A DNA stretch of 64,000 nt. It comes from a virus. The stretch is from positions 1 to 64,000 of IMG/VR virus record IMGVR_UViG_3300034093_001036, one strand, 5' to 3'. Below, one piece after another: positions 41,040 to 50,746 of this stretch (position 1 is its first letter; the number at the start of each line of letters is the position of its first letter). A model generated the notes under the pieces. That model searched no databases. It was not told where the DNA came from and saw only the letters and a program-made list of their open reading frames with translations. The position numbers and the translations under genes are program-made.

Positions 41040-41935
41040 TATAACACCCCAAGTTTTGTAATAGACTTAGCATACTTTGAAAGTATCTTGTCTACAATTA
41101 TATTTCCCGTTCCTTCGAAAAGACCCTTGTCAAATTGAATTCTAAATTGATCTGTATTGTAAGAAGAAATAAATCTCTTGTAATAATCTAATTTGCCACA
41201 CTCTATATCGTGAACAAGCATTTCTGTTGCTCTAACAATGTCTGATGGAACTGCAGTATATCCATGCTCAACAGTTACTAGATAATCCCAACCTCTTCCA
41301 AACCCTCTATAGATAAACTGAGGATCTAGGGAGTCAGATGCTGCTGCAGGCAAAACTAGTGGTGCTGATTCTGCTCTATTAATGTTGTCTGTTGACTTTT
41401 CAATAATTGCTGTCTTGTCTGACGAGACTTCGTATTCTCTATCTTCTACTAATTTATTGTTTTCATATACCGTCAAAACTTTTTTAACATCATCCCAAAC
41501 TGGAAGATAATCTGCTCCAGTTCCTTCAAAGTGTAAAACTTTTTTCTTATAATAAAATCCTTCTGGAATTACAGAATCTATTACCGCTCTTGCAATTTCT
41601 TCATTTACAGAGTATTTTGATATGTCTGATGCAGTGCTTGCTTTTGTTAATGGGTCAACGTATGGTCTTACAACTTCATAAGTCTCATCTTGAAGAATTG
41701 CTTCTCCAACTGCCCCAAGATTTTTAACAATCTCAACCCTATAAGATGAATCATATTTACCTGGTAAAGATATGCTGAGATTGTTTCCTGATACCTTATT
41801 TAAAAATGTTAATGTTGATACTGAGAGATCCGCCATATCAGTTATATTAACAGTTATAGTTGATGATGTTATTCCCGCAGGAACTACAAAATTAACAGGT
41901 ATATCTGAATACGGCGAAACTCTCAATATCTCCAT
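41039..41935 (-). CDS. Head-to-tail adaptor
   Basis: VEHGYTAVPSDIVRATEML...VDKILSKY adaptor-type C-terminus. Confidence 0.7.
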   Translation of the reverse strand: MEILRVSPYSDIPVNFVVPAGITSSTITVNITDMADLSVSTLTFLNKVSGNNLSISLPGKYDSSYRVEIVKNLGAVGEAILQDETYEVVRPYVDPLTKASTASDISKYSVNEEIARAVIDSVIPEGFYYKKKVLHFEGTGADYLPVWDDVKKVLTVYENNKLVEDREYEVSSDKTAIIEKSTDNINRAESAPLVLPAAASDSLDPQFIYRGFGRGWDYLVTVEHGYTAVPSDIVRATEMLVHDIECGKLDYYKRFISSYNTDQFRIQFDKGLFEGTGNIIVDKILSKYAKSITKLGVL

Positions 41936-41941
41936 CTTTAA

Positions 41942-42358
41942 TTATCCGAAAGCCTTCTGGATTTCTTCTGGTGTAGCAACTCTAACATGTGATCTAGTTA
42001 GCCACTTGTCTGCTTGCTTTTGTGTTACGATATTATATCCTCTGCTAAGAGTTCCAACTTCTTGCCAGTGAACGCTCTTTGTTGAGTGAAGCGCCACCTT
42101 TCCTGAAAGGTTTACATCTGTGTTAATTGTTTTACTTGCGCCGTCTGCTGCCATTGATCCAATAGCACCTGTCTCTGTAAAGCCTAGTGCTTGAACTGGC
42201 TCAACTACTGCTGGTGCTTCTACCACTGCTTCAACTACTGCTTCAACTACAGGTTCTACTGTAGGCTCTACTGCAACTTCTACTACTGGTGCTTCGACAT
42301 AGTCATGCTCTTCTGCATTTTCTGCTGAAAACGGATTGTTATAATTATTATTTTCCAT
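41942..42358 (-). CDS. Hypothetical protein with V/E/P/A low-complexity N-terminus
   Basis: Own TGATATAAT and AAGGAGG, located after the capsid terminator. Confidence 0.65.
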   Translation of the reverse strand: MENNNYNNPFSAENAEEHDYVEAPVVEVAVEPTVEPVVEAVVEAVVEAPAVVEPVQALGFTETGAIGSMAADGASKTINTDVNLSGKVALHSTKSVHWQEVGTLSRGYNIVTQKQADKWLTRSHVRVATPEEIQKAFG

Positions 42359-42391
42359 TGTATCCTCCTTGTTTGTATTATATCATTAAAG

Positions 42392-42427
42392 TATTAAGGG
42401 GGACAGGAGAGTGAACTCCCGCCCCCC
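42392..42427 (-). terminator. Terminator-like hairpin after the major capsid gene
   Basis: GGGGGGCGGGAG-TTCACT-CTCCTGTCCCCC followed by TTAATA. Confidence 0.7.
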
Positions 42428-42448
42428 ATTAAAGGTACTGATTACAGA

Positions 42449-43591
42449 TTATGAATCTGATGCAGAATCAGCGAATGCAATTGCATCCTCTTCTTCCCAC
42501 TGAATACCAAAGCGGACGAATACTGTGTACTCAATTGTGTCCTTCTTTGCTACGTACTCACGGTTTACAACGATGTCGCGCTGGAATCCCCATACACGGT
42601 TTGCAGGGAATGTCAAGTCGACAAAGCCTGCTGGGTAGTAAGGAACTTCCTGAACTTCAATTCCGAGAACACGTGTTGTACGTGCTCCACCGAATGTCTG
42701 TCCGAGTCCATCTAGATAGTTCTGACGGTTTGACTGTGTGCTTCCTGGCATACGGCCAGTGAATGCTTCTGCAACTGCATCTGCAAGGGTACCGTTATTC
42801 TTAACGATTCCTCCGAATACATCTGTACCTGCGTAGAACTTAAGATTGTTCTTAAGTGCACGGTACTTACGTGGCATTGCATTGATGATTCCCTGCATAA
42901 CTTCAGGTGTCCAGGCGTTATCTGTTACAGTTACAACTGACTCGTGTGCTTGTCCAGCACCTGTTCCAGTCTTTTCCTTATTGATAAATCCGTCCATGAT
43001 TGACAAGAATGAGCCTGTCGCTCCGTCACCATTGATAGCGAGATCTTCGATATCATTTGCGAATGCGTTGGTCATTAAGCGTACCAAGTGATCTTCTAGA
43101 GCGTCACCTTCTACACCATCTTCCAATGATTCTGCTGTTACTTCCCAATCAAGACGAATCTTCTTGGTAGTAAGTTCGACCTTAGAGAATGTTGCACCTG
43201 TGTTTGTGTATGTACCAATTGCTTGCGCTGCTGCACGAATTACACGCTCACCGACGTTTACCTTCTCAAGTTCCATAGAATTAGCCTTCATTGTTACACG
43301 ACGGCCATCCTTTGCTAATACTGTTGCGTCCCAAACATAGTCGATAAAACGACGTGCCTGCTCAGGGCGCAAAATTCCAGAAGCCGCTGAACCACTAGGG
43401 TTAACAGCGTTTGCTCCGCTTGTAGATCCAAGGGTTGCTGTTGGAATATTTCCAAGTGTACTTGCACCTGGTGTTGCTACTCCACCAATACCACCTGATG
43501 CGAAAGCACCTTGACCCTGATACAGACCTGGAGTTTCTCCTCCTAGATTTGCTTCAGCGCCTGGCTGGTTTTTGATTATTTCTTCTGACAT
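42449..43591 (-). CDS. Major capsid protein (HK97 fold)
   Basis: GILRPEQARRFID, ESLED, FANDIEDLAINGD. Start MSEE after AGGAGGTGA. Follows the protease/scaffold gene. Confidence 0.92.
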   Translation of the reverse strand: MSEEIIKNQPGAEANLGGETPGLYQGQGAFASGGIGGVATPGASTLGNIPTATLGSTSGANAVNPSGSAASGILRPEQARRFIDYVWDATVLAKDGRRVTMKANSMELEKVNVGERVIRAAAQAIGTYTNTGATFSKVELTTKKIRLDWEVTAESLEDGVEGDALEDHLVRLMTNAFANDIEDLAINGDGATGSFLSIMDGFINKEKTGTGAGQAHESVVTVTDNAWTPEVMQGIINAMPRKYRALKNNLKFYAGTDVFGGIVKNNGTLADAVAEAFTGRMPGSTQSNRQNYLDGLGQTFGGARTTRVLGIEVQEVPYYPAGFVDLTFPANRVWGFQRDIVVNREYVAKKDTIEYTVFVRFGIQWEEEDAIAFADSASDS

Positions 43592-43614
43592 ATTGTCACC
43601 TCCTAGTGATTTTT

Positions 43615-44955
43615 TCATTTGAATAGATCGGCTGTTTTGAGGAAACTACCGCCCCATAGGGATTTTTCAACCATTTCAGGTTGAGACTGAAAGATATCGC
43701 CGATATCTCCAGACTTTCGGAATGCGGTGTCTGCTTCCACAGCGTCTACTCGTTTTCCAAATTCATTAAATTCACTTGAAACTGTTGCAATATCTTTTGC
43801 AACTGCTGTAAATGAATCCTTTACTGTATCAACGTCTACCTTTGAAGACTTAAGAAGTTCTACTTCTGCTTGCAAAGATTTTACTGTTGACACTAGATCG
43901 CTAAAGGCTGATTCTAGAGTATTTTTCATTTCAGTAACTGCATCTGCAATTACCTCTTCTGACTTAGATACTTCTACAACTGCTTCTGTTACTGTTTCGA
44001 CTGCTTCAGCATCTTCTGCTTTAGCAATCTCTTCTGCTACAACTTCGTCTGCCTTGACAACATCTGTTGTCTCAACCTCTTCTGCCTTAGCAACTTCTTC
44101 AATAACTTCTGCAATTGATGCATCTGCCTCTGGAGCGACCATAACATCTTCAAGCACATCTGTTTTTTCAACTTGTGTTTTTGATTTTGTCATAGGTTGT
44201 ACCTCCTTGTTAATCTTAGAAGTATTAATGCCTTTAGCACTATCAACTAAGAATTTTATCATTGTTGTTTTTTCATTATCCGTTTTTTCAACGAAACCTA
44301 TATTTTCCATAGCATTGCCTGTTGTAGGACTTACTTCTGACTCATTCTCTGAAATCTGTACTATACCAGACTCTCTATCATAAAAAACATTTTCAAGTAC
44401 GGTGGCATCTGCTTTAAACACATCGACTCCATCAACCTTTTCAACTGATACAATATTTGCAAACTGATTTGCTGGTGAATCTACAAGACTCAACTCTATC
44501 AAATCATATTGCTTAATAATTCTAATTGCCTTGTCTGATTTTTCATCAAACCCGTCATCCCATTTATTCATTCTTCCACCAATTGAAAAACCAGAAAGAG
44601 TTCCATCAAGGACCTTTTCCCAAGTATCTTGTGCACCCTTTGAAACATAAGCAGATACAAAAACACCGCTATAAAACTTTTTTGATTCTGGATCAAAATA
44701 TTTTTCTGCTTTAAAGTCAACCATTTTACCAACTGCTAATGGCTGGTGCATCTCACGAATATTTCCTCGGAATTTTGCAAAGGCATCCATTGACGCTTCT
44801 GCTGTAACAATGTCATCTTGCTTGTCAATGTTGTCTAGAGATGCAAATCCAGATACGGTTCTTCGCTCTTTGTCTACCTTTGAAAAAGGCATTGAAAGAC
44901 GCAAATTTTCCCCATTAGAGTTCCAATGGGCTTTGGATATATTACTCACTATCAT
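43615..44955 (-). CDS. Prohead protease fused to an acidic scaffold domain
   Basis: REMH, GFSIGG, ELSLVDSPAN (HK97-type protease), followed by an E/A/V-rich coiled coil. Confidence 0.9.
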   Translation of the reverse strand: MIVSNISKAHWNSNGENLRLSMPFSKVDKERRTVSGFASLDNIDKQDDIVTAEASMDAFAKFRGNIREMHQPLAVGKMVDFKAEKYFDPESKKFYSGVFVSAYVSKGAQDTWEKVLDGTLSGFSIGGRMNKWDDGFDEKSDKAIRIIKQYDLIELSLVDSPANQFANIVSVEKVDGVDVFKADATVLENVFYDRESGIVQISENESEVSPTTGNAMENIGFVEKTDNEKTTMIKFLVDSAKGINTSKINKEVQPMTKSKTQVEKTDVLEDVMVAPEADASIAEVIEEVAKAEEVETTDVVKADEVVAEEIAKAEDAEAVETVTEAVVEVSKSEEVIADAVTEMKNTLESAFSDLVSTVKSLQAEVELLKSSKVDVDTVKDSFTAVAKDIATVSSEFNEFGKRVDAVEADTAFRKSGDIGDIFQSQPEMVEKSLWGGSFLKTADLFK

Positions 44956-45004
44956 ATTATAAGCCCCCTTTTACACATATATCACAATATGGACATATAG
45001 GACA

Positions 45005-46597
45005 TTAAGGAGTTTTTCTTCCCTCTCCCTTTGGTGCTCTTCCAGCAACTGTTGAAGTGCTGTCTGAATTATTATTTGTTCTTGCAGAGTCTCTGGCTCT
45101 TGTAGTTGTTGCTTCTGCTGCTGCGGTTGCTTTAAGATCTAAGACCTCGTCGCCACCTTCTCTTTGTGGCATATCCAAAAGAACTCTTGCCTCGTTTGGA
45201 GTCATAATTTGATTCTTAACATATCTTTCAAGAATTTGAGACTGTGCAATTTCATCTGTTAAGGTTAATTCATTAAAAACAAACTCAAGAATATCGGTTT
45301 TTTCACGGACAATCTTGTTGATCATTTTTTCAATTTGTCTTTGTGCTGGTCTTGCAACCTGCTCCTTAAATGTGCGATCCTGTGCAAGTGCTGCTGCGAT
45401 TGATGCAGAATCTCCGCCTCCAAGTTTAGACAATGGAACTTGATGTGCTACCAGAATGTCATCACGGTTTTGTTTACGATACTCTTTAAAGGAGCCATCT
45501 TGTATCCCGTCTTCAATGGGATCCATTTTAAACTCTACCTTATTGTTTTCGCTATCTCCTGGTAATGGAATATATAGGGTTCTATGTGACTGCCCTCTGA
45601 GATTTGTCTGTAAGAATCGGAACATCTTATCTTCTGCGTCTCCAGAGAGTTTTGCACCCTTTAATGTTACAACATATCTTGGAACTGCTTTGTTTGCAAA
45701 GTAGTCAATATTGTATTGTGAAGCAAGTGAGTCTCCATGCAATGAGTTAATTGCCGACATAATGTCTGGCACTCCGTAAAATGTGTTTAATGGTGAGTAT
45801 TGTTTAAAGTGAATAATTTCGTTTGGTCTAGCATCTGTAGTTAATGGGTTCTGATTCTTTGCTCCAAAGTTGCGGAAGTAAACAATCTTGTTTCCAATGA
45901 TCTGAACATAGCCATCTTTAATTCTTCGAACACGCATTGTTGTTGCTGGTATATGTCCGACATACCCAATCTCTCCACGAGTAGTTCTTCCAATTTCTAG
46001 ATAACCGTTACCAGTAGACTGAAGGTCTGTATAAACCTTTTCCATTGTTGCTGTAAATGAGTCGTCGTCATTAAGAGATTCTAGCCAATCACGCATCTCA
46101 ATCTTTGCTCGTTCAATTCTTTTTCTTGCCTTCTGTGTTGCACTATTATCTTCAGATGCTTCAAGTCTCATCATTGTTCTTTGAGAAACCTTAAACTCAT
46201 AACCTAAGCCAACAATGTTTTCTACCTTAGCATCAATGGCTGCGTGGTTTGCAAAAGATGTGTCGTAATAGTTTGCTAATTCATAAAGGTTCCAAGGTGG
46301 TGTGATAACGTCGAACATTCCATAGCCGTTTACATATACTAGGCCTGGGTTTATTTCTTTTGATTGTGCTCCATCAATACCGCTTTTTCCAGCAAGTGCT
46401 GCAGTTGTGTATTGAGTTGTTGGTTCAACCATCTTTGTTGAAGATCTGCTTATGCGTCTTTTAAAGTTTGCTTCTAGTCCGTCAAGAGATTTTAATGAAT
46501 CCCAATTTCCGTTAAATGGATCTGACTTTGAAAAAGTATCATCTTTCTTTATTGATTCATCAATCCTTGCACTAATCTCATAATCGTTGTCTTCCAT
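45005..46597 (-). CDS. Portal protein
   Basis: TGNGYLEI, EIIHFK, YGVP, YFANKAVP, MTPNEAR. Confidence 0.92.
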   Translation of the reverse strand: MEDNDYEISARIDESIKKDDTFSKSDPFNGNWDSLKSLDGLEANFKRRISRSSTKMVEPTTQYTTAALAGKSGIDGAQSKEINPGLVYVNGYGMFDVITPPWNLYELANYYDTSFANHAAIDAKVENIVGLGYEFKVSQRTMMRLEASEDNSATQKARKRIERAKIEMRDWLESLNDDDSFTATMEKVYTDLQSTGNGYLEIGRTTRGEIGYVGHIPATTMRVRRIKDGYVQIIGNKIVYFRNFGAKNQNPLTTDARPNEIIHFKQYSPLNTFYGVPDIMSAINSLHGDSLASQYNIDYFANKAVPRYVVTLKGAKLSGDAEDKMFRFLQTNLRGQSHRTLYIPLPGDSENNKVEFKMDPIEDGIQDGSFKEYRKQNRDDILVAHQVPLSKLGGGDSASIAAALAQDRTFKEQVARPAQRQIEKMINKIVREKTDILEFVFNELTLTDEIAQSQILERYVKNQIMTPNEARVLLDMPQREGGDEVLDLKATAAAEATTTRARDSARTNNNSDSTSTVAGRAPKGEGRKTP

Positions 46598-46599
46598 GA

Positions 46600-46986
46600 T
46601 TATTCCTCATCCCCATACTTAGCAATTGTATCTTTTGCTGCTTGTACTGCTCCAAGGTCGTTTAGGTTTGGTATAAGTCCAGACTTCATGCGATCAACTT
46701 GCTCAGAATATTCTTCTTCTGAAACTCTTGTTAGCCCTGGAACAAATACGCATGTACCATCTCCTGGATCTCCGTAATGCATTGCAGTCTTTTTTAGTTC
46801 TGCCATTCTAGTAAAGTCGTTTTTATCTGAAGGTATATTGAGTACAGAACCGTTTCCATCTGTAAACCATTTACCATTTGCTTTCTTATACACATAAAGG
46901 CCCCAGTCATAGTTCTTTTCAATGACCTGACGTCTAACGTTTTTTACAATTGGTTGACCAGTTTTTGGGTCTATAAGGGAATCCAT
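46600..46986 (-). CDS. Hypothetical protein
   Basis: Leaderless start 7 nt after TGGTATACT, heads the portal operon. Confidence 0.65.
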   Translation of the reverse strand: MDSLIDPKTGQPIVKNVRRQVIEKNYDWGLYVYKKANGKWFTDGNGSVLNIPSDKNDFTRMAELKKTAMHYGDPGDGTCVFVPGLTRVSEEEYSEQVDRMKSGLIPNLNDLGAVQAAKDTIAKYGDEE

Positions 46987-47004
46987 AACTACAAGTATAC
47001 CATA

Positions 47005-50000
47005 TTAGGCTGGGGTCTCTACGAACTGACTCCATTTTACGTCAGTAAATATAGTGTATGTATACTCTTCAAAACGAACTGGTCTATCATCATCTACAAT
47101 AATTTTGTTTGTGCCCGTATAACTCTTATAAACATCTGAAGGGTTTACACCATAATAACTTGTTTCTGATAAGACAAGAACCTTATTCCAGTTAAAAGAT
47201 GGACTATCCCAGAACTCCCAGTCAAGGGGCGAAGACCCCAAAACCTTAACTCTAAACCAAGGTCTTTCTGCTATGTTCTGAACTTCTTGTAGATTAGTAG
47301 ACTGATAGTATGAAAGGCTGTTAAATAGTAGTGGTCCAGTTAATCTTACTGCCCCTTCAAAAAATGAAAAATTAAGACTGTTTGCAAAATTAATCCCAAG
47401 GAATCCCCACTCTTGAAGAGTTATTACTGGCTCTTTTACTATTTTTCCATTCCAATAAAATCCAATACCGTTTTGGACTAGGCCAGTATTTGCATCTATT
47501 GCGTAAATTTTTGCTCTGCGTCCAGAAGGATCATTAGCAACCATGTAAAATTTTATGTAAGAATCTTTGCTTTGGATTTCAAATATCTGTGTTGGTGCAT
47601 ATGGGAAATAGTCTCCGTCAAACCTTACGGCCATTTGCATTGCTATAGCCTTAAATCCTTCGGCTCTGCTTTCATTTACAGGAATCATAAGACCTCTATT
47701 AACTAATGGATCATACCTTCCTTTTAATTGAATTCCGCTTGTTTTGGTTAAATAAAGATACGGAGATGATCCTGTATAGATTGCAAAAGGATTATTCTTT
47801 TTAAAGTTATAATAAATTCCAGTCTTTGTATATGGATAAACAGATGTTCCAAACCTTGTTCCAATTGGACTAGCATCAGATTCATTAAATGCTTGTGATG
47901 CATAAGAAAGTTTTTTAATTAATACATTGTTTGTTTCTGAATTTTTTACATTCATTTCTATGTGTGTAACAATAGACAAGTCATTGAAGTCTACTCCAGT
48001 TGGTGGGTATATAATCATATTATCTACAACTTCATATTTTGTTGTCATCCAGTCTGAACCAGGAACTAATACTCCATCTCTTGAAGGTCTTTCTGTTTTT
48101 GTAAAATAATAGTATGTTTGGTTTGCACCCAATTCTGTATATTGAAAAGTTACATAACTTTTTACAATTGATCCATCTGTGTCATATTTATATTCTTTTG
48201 CTATTTTATTTTTTAAATCATCGTAATCATTGTATCCAGTAAAAAGGTAATTGTCTAGTGATGTGTATGTTCTTTGAACTGGGGTTCCGTATTCATCTGA
48301 TAACTCTGCATATGTCCAAGCCTCTGGATCTGTTTCTATTGCTACAGTCTTTGATGGTATTGGGTAATCAATATTAAACTGAATAAAGTCAAGATCAAAA
48401 TATTGGTCCCCTCGTTTATCAAGAACGGATTCAGCAAAATATGTTAGTGGAAGTTGATCTTCCCAATATGCGCTTGCAGATACAGCAAGTTTGTATGTAT
48501 CAAAAACTATCTCTGGTAAAAGAGTATAACTTGCAACATGGTCTAAAAGGGAATCCTCTTCAGCAACAACCACACTACCGCCAGTAAGTGCTCCATTTGC
48601 TGTGTCTGTTGTACCTCCATAAGGTGGCATAGAAGTTGTATCTATTCCTCCGTCTATGTTGATTAACTGGTTATTTTGGTAAATAGCAAACAAGTCTTCA
48701 TTCCATACTGGAACACCTATCTCATTAAACAAAGATCTAATTTTTTGAAAGTTATATGCTGTACATAGTCCTACATTGTATATTTTTCCAGTAAAAGTTG
48801 ATAGACCGTTCTTGTCTCCACCAACATACATTCTTAGGTCTGATAAAGATCCAAAAAAGTCTGATGCTGGGTTTCCAAATCTTGATACAAATGCTGGAAT
48901 GTTTAAACCTATGTCTACTAGTTCTCCTGGCTCCGCAACTAAAGGAGAATAGATGGTTTCTGATATTCCGTTATAATTAATAATATAAGATATTTGATTA
49001 TTTAAAAGTTGTATCTTGAAATAACTATTTGTATTTTCTTTTTCTATTTTAAAAAGTGTTTGGGCTGAACTTGAGGTTTGTGGTAATCTAAAACAACCGT
49101 AGAAAGCAGATACTGGGGTTTTTATAAAATCAAAATTTTTAAAGAAAAGATGACCAGAAACATTATTCCAAGAAGTGTTTGGTCTAAAGGAAAAAAAGTT
49201 TCTTGTATCTGATGATTGAACTAGACCACAATCTGACAAAAGTTCTTTTTCTGTTTTTGATGACAAGACTGTTTCTGGAAGTGGGTGAGATAAAACAGAA
49301 AGAGACTTATTTACAATTGATGTATTATCATTAAAGGCTTGACTCCACGAACCTACCTTTGGATATGAGTAGTTTGAGGTGTAGTCTGCAAATGAATAAT
49401 CAATAAAAACAGATGTTCCACTATAAGATGTATTAATGTTTTCTGGAATATCAACGCCTTGCCCAAACACAAACCTTCTTTTTGCAACAGCAGTTGCAAC
49501 AATGTATGGATAAATTCCAACGCAGTCAACCTCTATTGGATATATATCATTATATGCGTAAAAGCCTATCCAGTCTTGATCTTTAAGACTTTCATTTAAC
49601 ATAGAAGGTAAAGAAAGTGACTCAGTTAAATAGTTTAAAGAAACAACTTCTTGGCCATTTATTACAAGAGATGCAGTGTCTTTGCCAACACGCATGTGAA
49701 CCAGCATTGGCCTTGTCCACTCACCAACATAATATGCACCATAGTTATCTCCTATCTTTAATCCTATTGATGGTCCATCAACATATATTCCATCTTCTGA
49801 TGCAATTGGACCAATAATTCTTTTCCTGTCATTACTATATGAATTTATTCTAAGCCAGGTTTCAAAAGTATACTGCTTAAATTTTCCAGACTCATTTAAA
49901 AATCCAGAACCAGGAACTATAAGGGAGGGCAAATCTGTATTTGGATATATAGTTGTAAGACCAGATGTTCCATAGACAATTGGAATACCTGAATTTTTTG

Positions 50001-50721
50001 CCTTAAGCATATTATCGGAAACTAAATAATATGCGTCTAACTCTTGCAGTCCGTAACATTTTGACACAACGCCCTTTTGTGGTGCAATAGATATAGTGGA
50101 TGGTATATCAATTGACTCAACTCCAAGGGATGTAGATGCAAACTCTTCTGACCATTGACCAAGACTTATTCCGTTTACTAAAAACACATCATCTGTTTCT
50201 GATCCACCAATAAAGTTAATCTTAAAAACTAGTCTTATATCTGTATCATCTGGTGGCGTATCAAAAGTTTCTGATATAAAAATCCAGTTGCTATTTATTA
50301 CTGTGTCATAGTTTTTTAAATGAACTATGTCATCTCCACTTGTTGTGTCTGTGTATTGATAACCAATTTCAAGACCAGCAATATATGCGCTTTCAGAATA
50401 AAAATATCCACCTACAGAAAATGTTCTTAAATAAGTATTAAAGTCTCTTAGGCTCATTATTTCATTACTTGTTGCAATTATAGAAGCCAACTCGTTGTCT
50501 GTTGGTGTAGCGGTAATTTTACCCACATAACTATTTATAAATGGTTCGTCTATTGATTGAGAATAGTCTTGATATGTACCGCCAACAATTGTCCAATTTG
50601 ACAAATTTCTTTGCGACTCTGAAAGTAAAGAAATGTAATCTGCTGTATCATCTAAAGCCCATAGACCAGTCGGATGCTCAGCAAAGACTTTTTCGGCATA
50701 TAGGTTTGATGGATTAGACAT
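47005..50721 (-). CDS. Large virion protein with LamG/concanavalin-like domains
   Basis: PTGLWALDD, YTFETWL, HMRVG..ASLVING, FTGKIYNVG patterns. Confidence 0.6.
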   Translation of the reverse strand: MSNPSNLYAEKVFAEHPTGLWALDDTADYISLLSESQRNLSNWTIVGGTYQDYSQSIDEPFINSYVGKITATPTDNELASIIATSNEIMSLRDFNTYLRTFSVGGYFYSESAYIAGLEIGYQYTDTTSGDDIVHLKNYDTVINSNWIFISETFDTPPDDTDIRLVFKINFIGGSETDDVFLVNGISLGQWSEEFASTSLGVESIDIPSTISIAPQKGVVSKCYGLQELDAYYLVSDNMLKAKNSGIPIVYGTSGLTTIYPNTDLPSLIVPGSGFLNESGKFKQYTFETWLRINSYSNDRKRIIGPIASEDGIYVDGPSIGLKIGDNYGAYYVGEWTRPMLVHMRVGKDTASLVINGQEVVSLNYLTESLSLPSMLNESLKDQDWIGFYAYNDIYPIEVDCVGIYPYIVATAVAKRRFVFGQGVDIPENINTSYSGTSVFIDYSFADYTSNYSYPKVGSWSQAFNDNTSIVNKSLSVLSHPLPETVLSSKTEKELLSDCGLVQSSDTRNFFSFRPNTSWNNVSGHLFFKNFDFIKTPVSAFYGCFRLPQTSSSAQTLFKIEKENTNSYFKIQLLNNQISYIINYNGISETIYSPLVAEPGELVDIGLNIPAFVSRFGNPASDFFGSLSDLRMYVGGDKNGLSTFTGKIYNVGLCTAYNFQKIRSLFNEIGVPVWNEDLFAIYQNNQLINIDGGIDTTSMPPYGGTTDTANGALTGGSVVVAEEDSLLDHVASYTLLPEIVFDTYKLAVSASAYWEDQLPLTYFAESVLDKRGDQYFDLDFIQFNIDYPIPSKTVAIETDPEAWTYAELSDEYGTPVQRTYTSLDNYLFTGYNDYDDLKNKIAKEYKYDTDGSIVKSYVTFQYTELGANQTYYYFTKTERPSRDGVLVPGSDWMTTKYEVVDNMIIYPPTGVDFNDLSIVTHIEMNVKNSETNNVLIKKLSYASQAFNESDASPIGTRFGTSVYPYTKTGIYYNFKKNNPFAIYTGSSPYLYLTKTSGIQLKGRYDPLVNRGLMIPVNESRAEGFKAIAMQMAVRFDGDYFPYAPTQIFEIQSKDSYIKFYMVANDPSGRRAKIYAIDANTGLVQNGIGFYWNGKIVKEPVITLQEWGFLGINFANSLNFSFFEGAVRLTGPLLFNSLSYYQSTNLQEVQNIAERPWFRVKVLGSSPLDWEFWDSPSFNWNKVLVLSETSYYGVNPSDVYKSYTGTNKIIVDDDRPVRFEEYTYTIFTDVKWSQFVETPA

Positions 50722-50746
50722 TATAGGTCTATTTTACCACAGAAGA

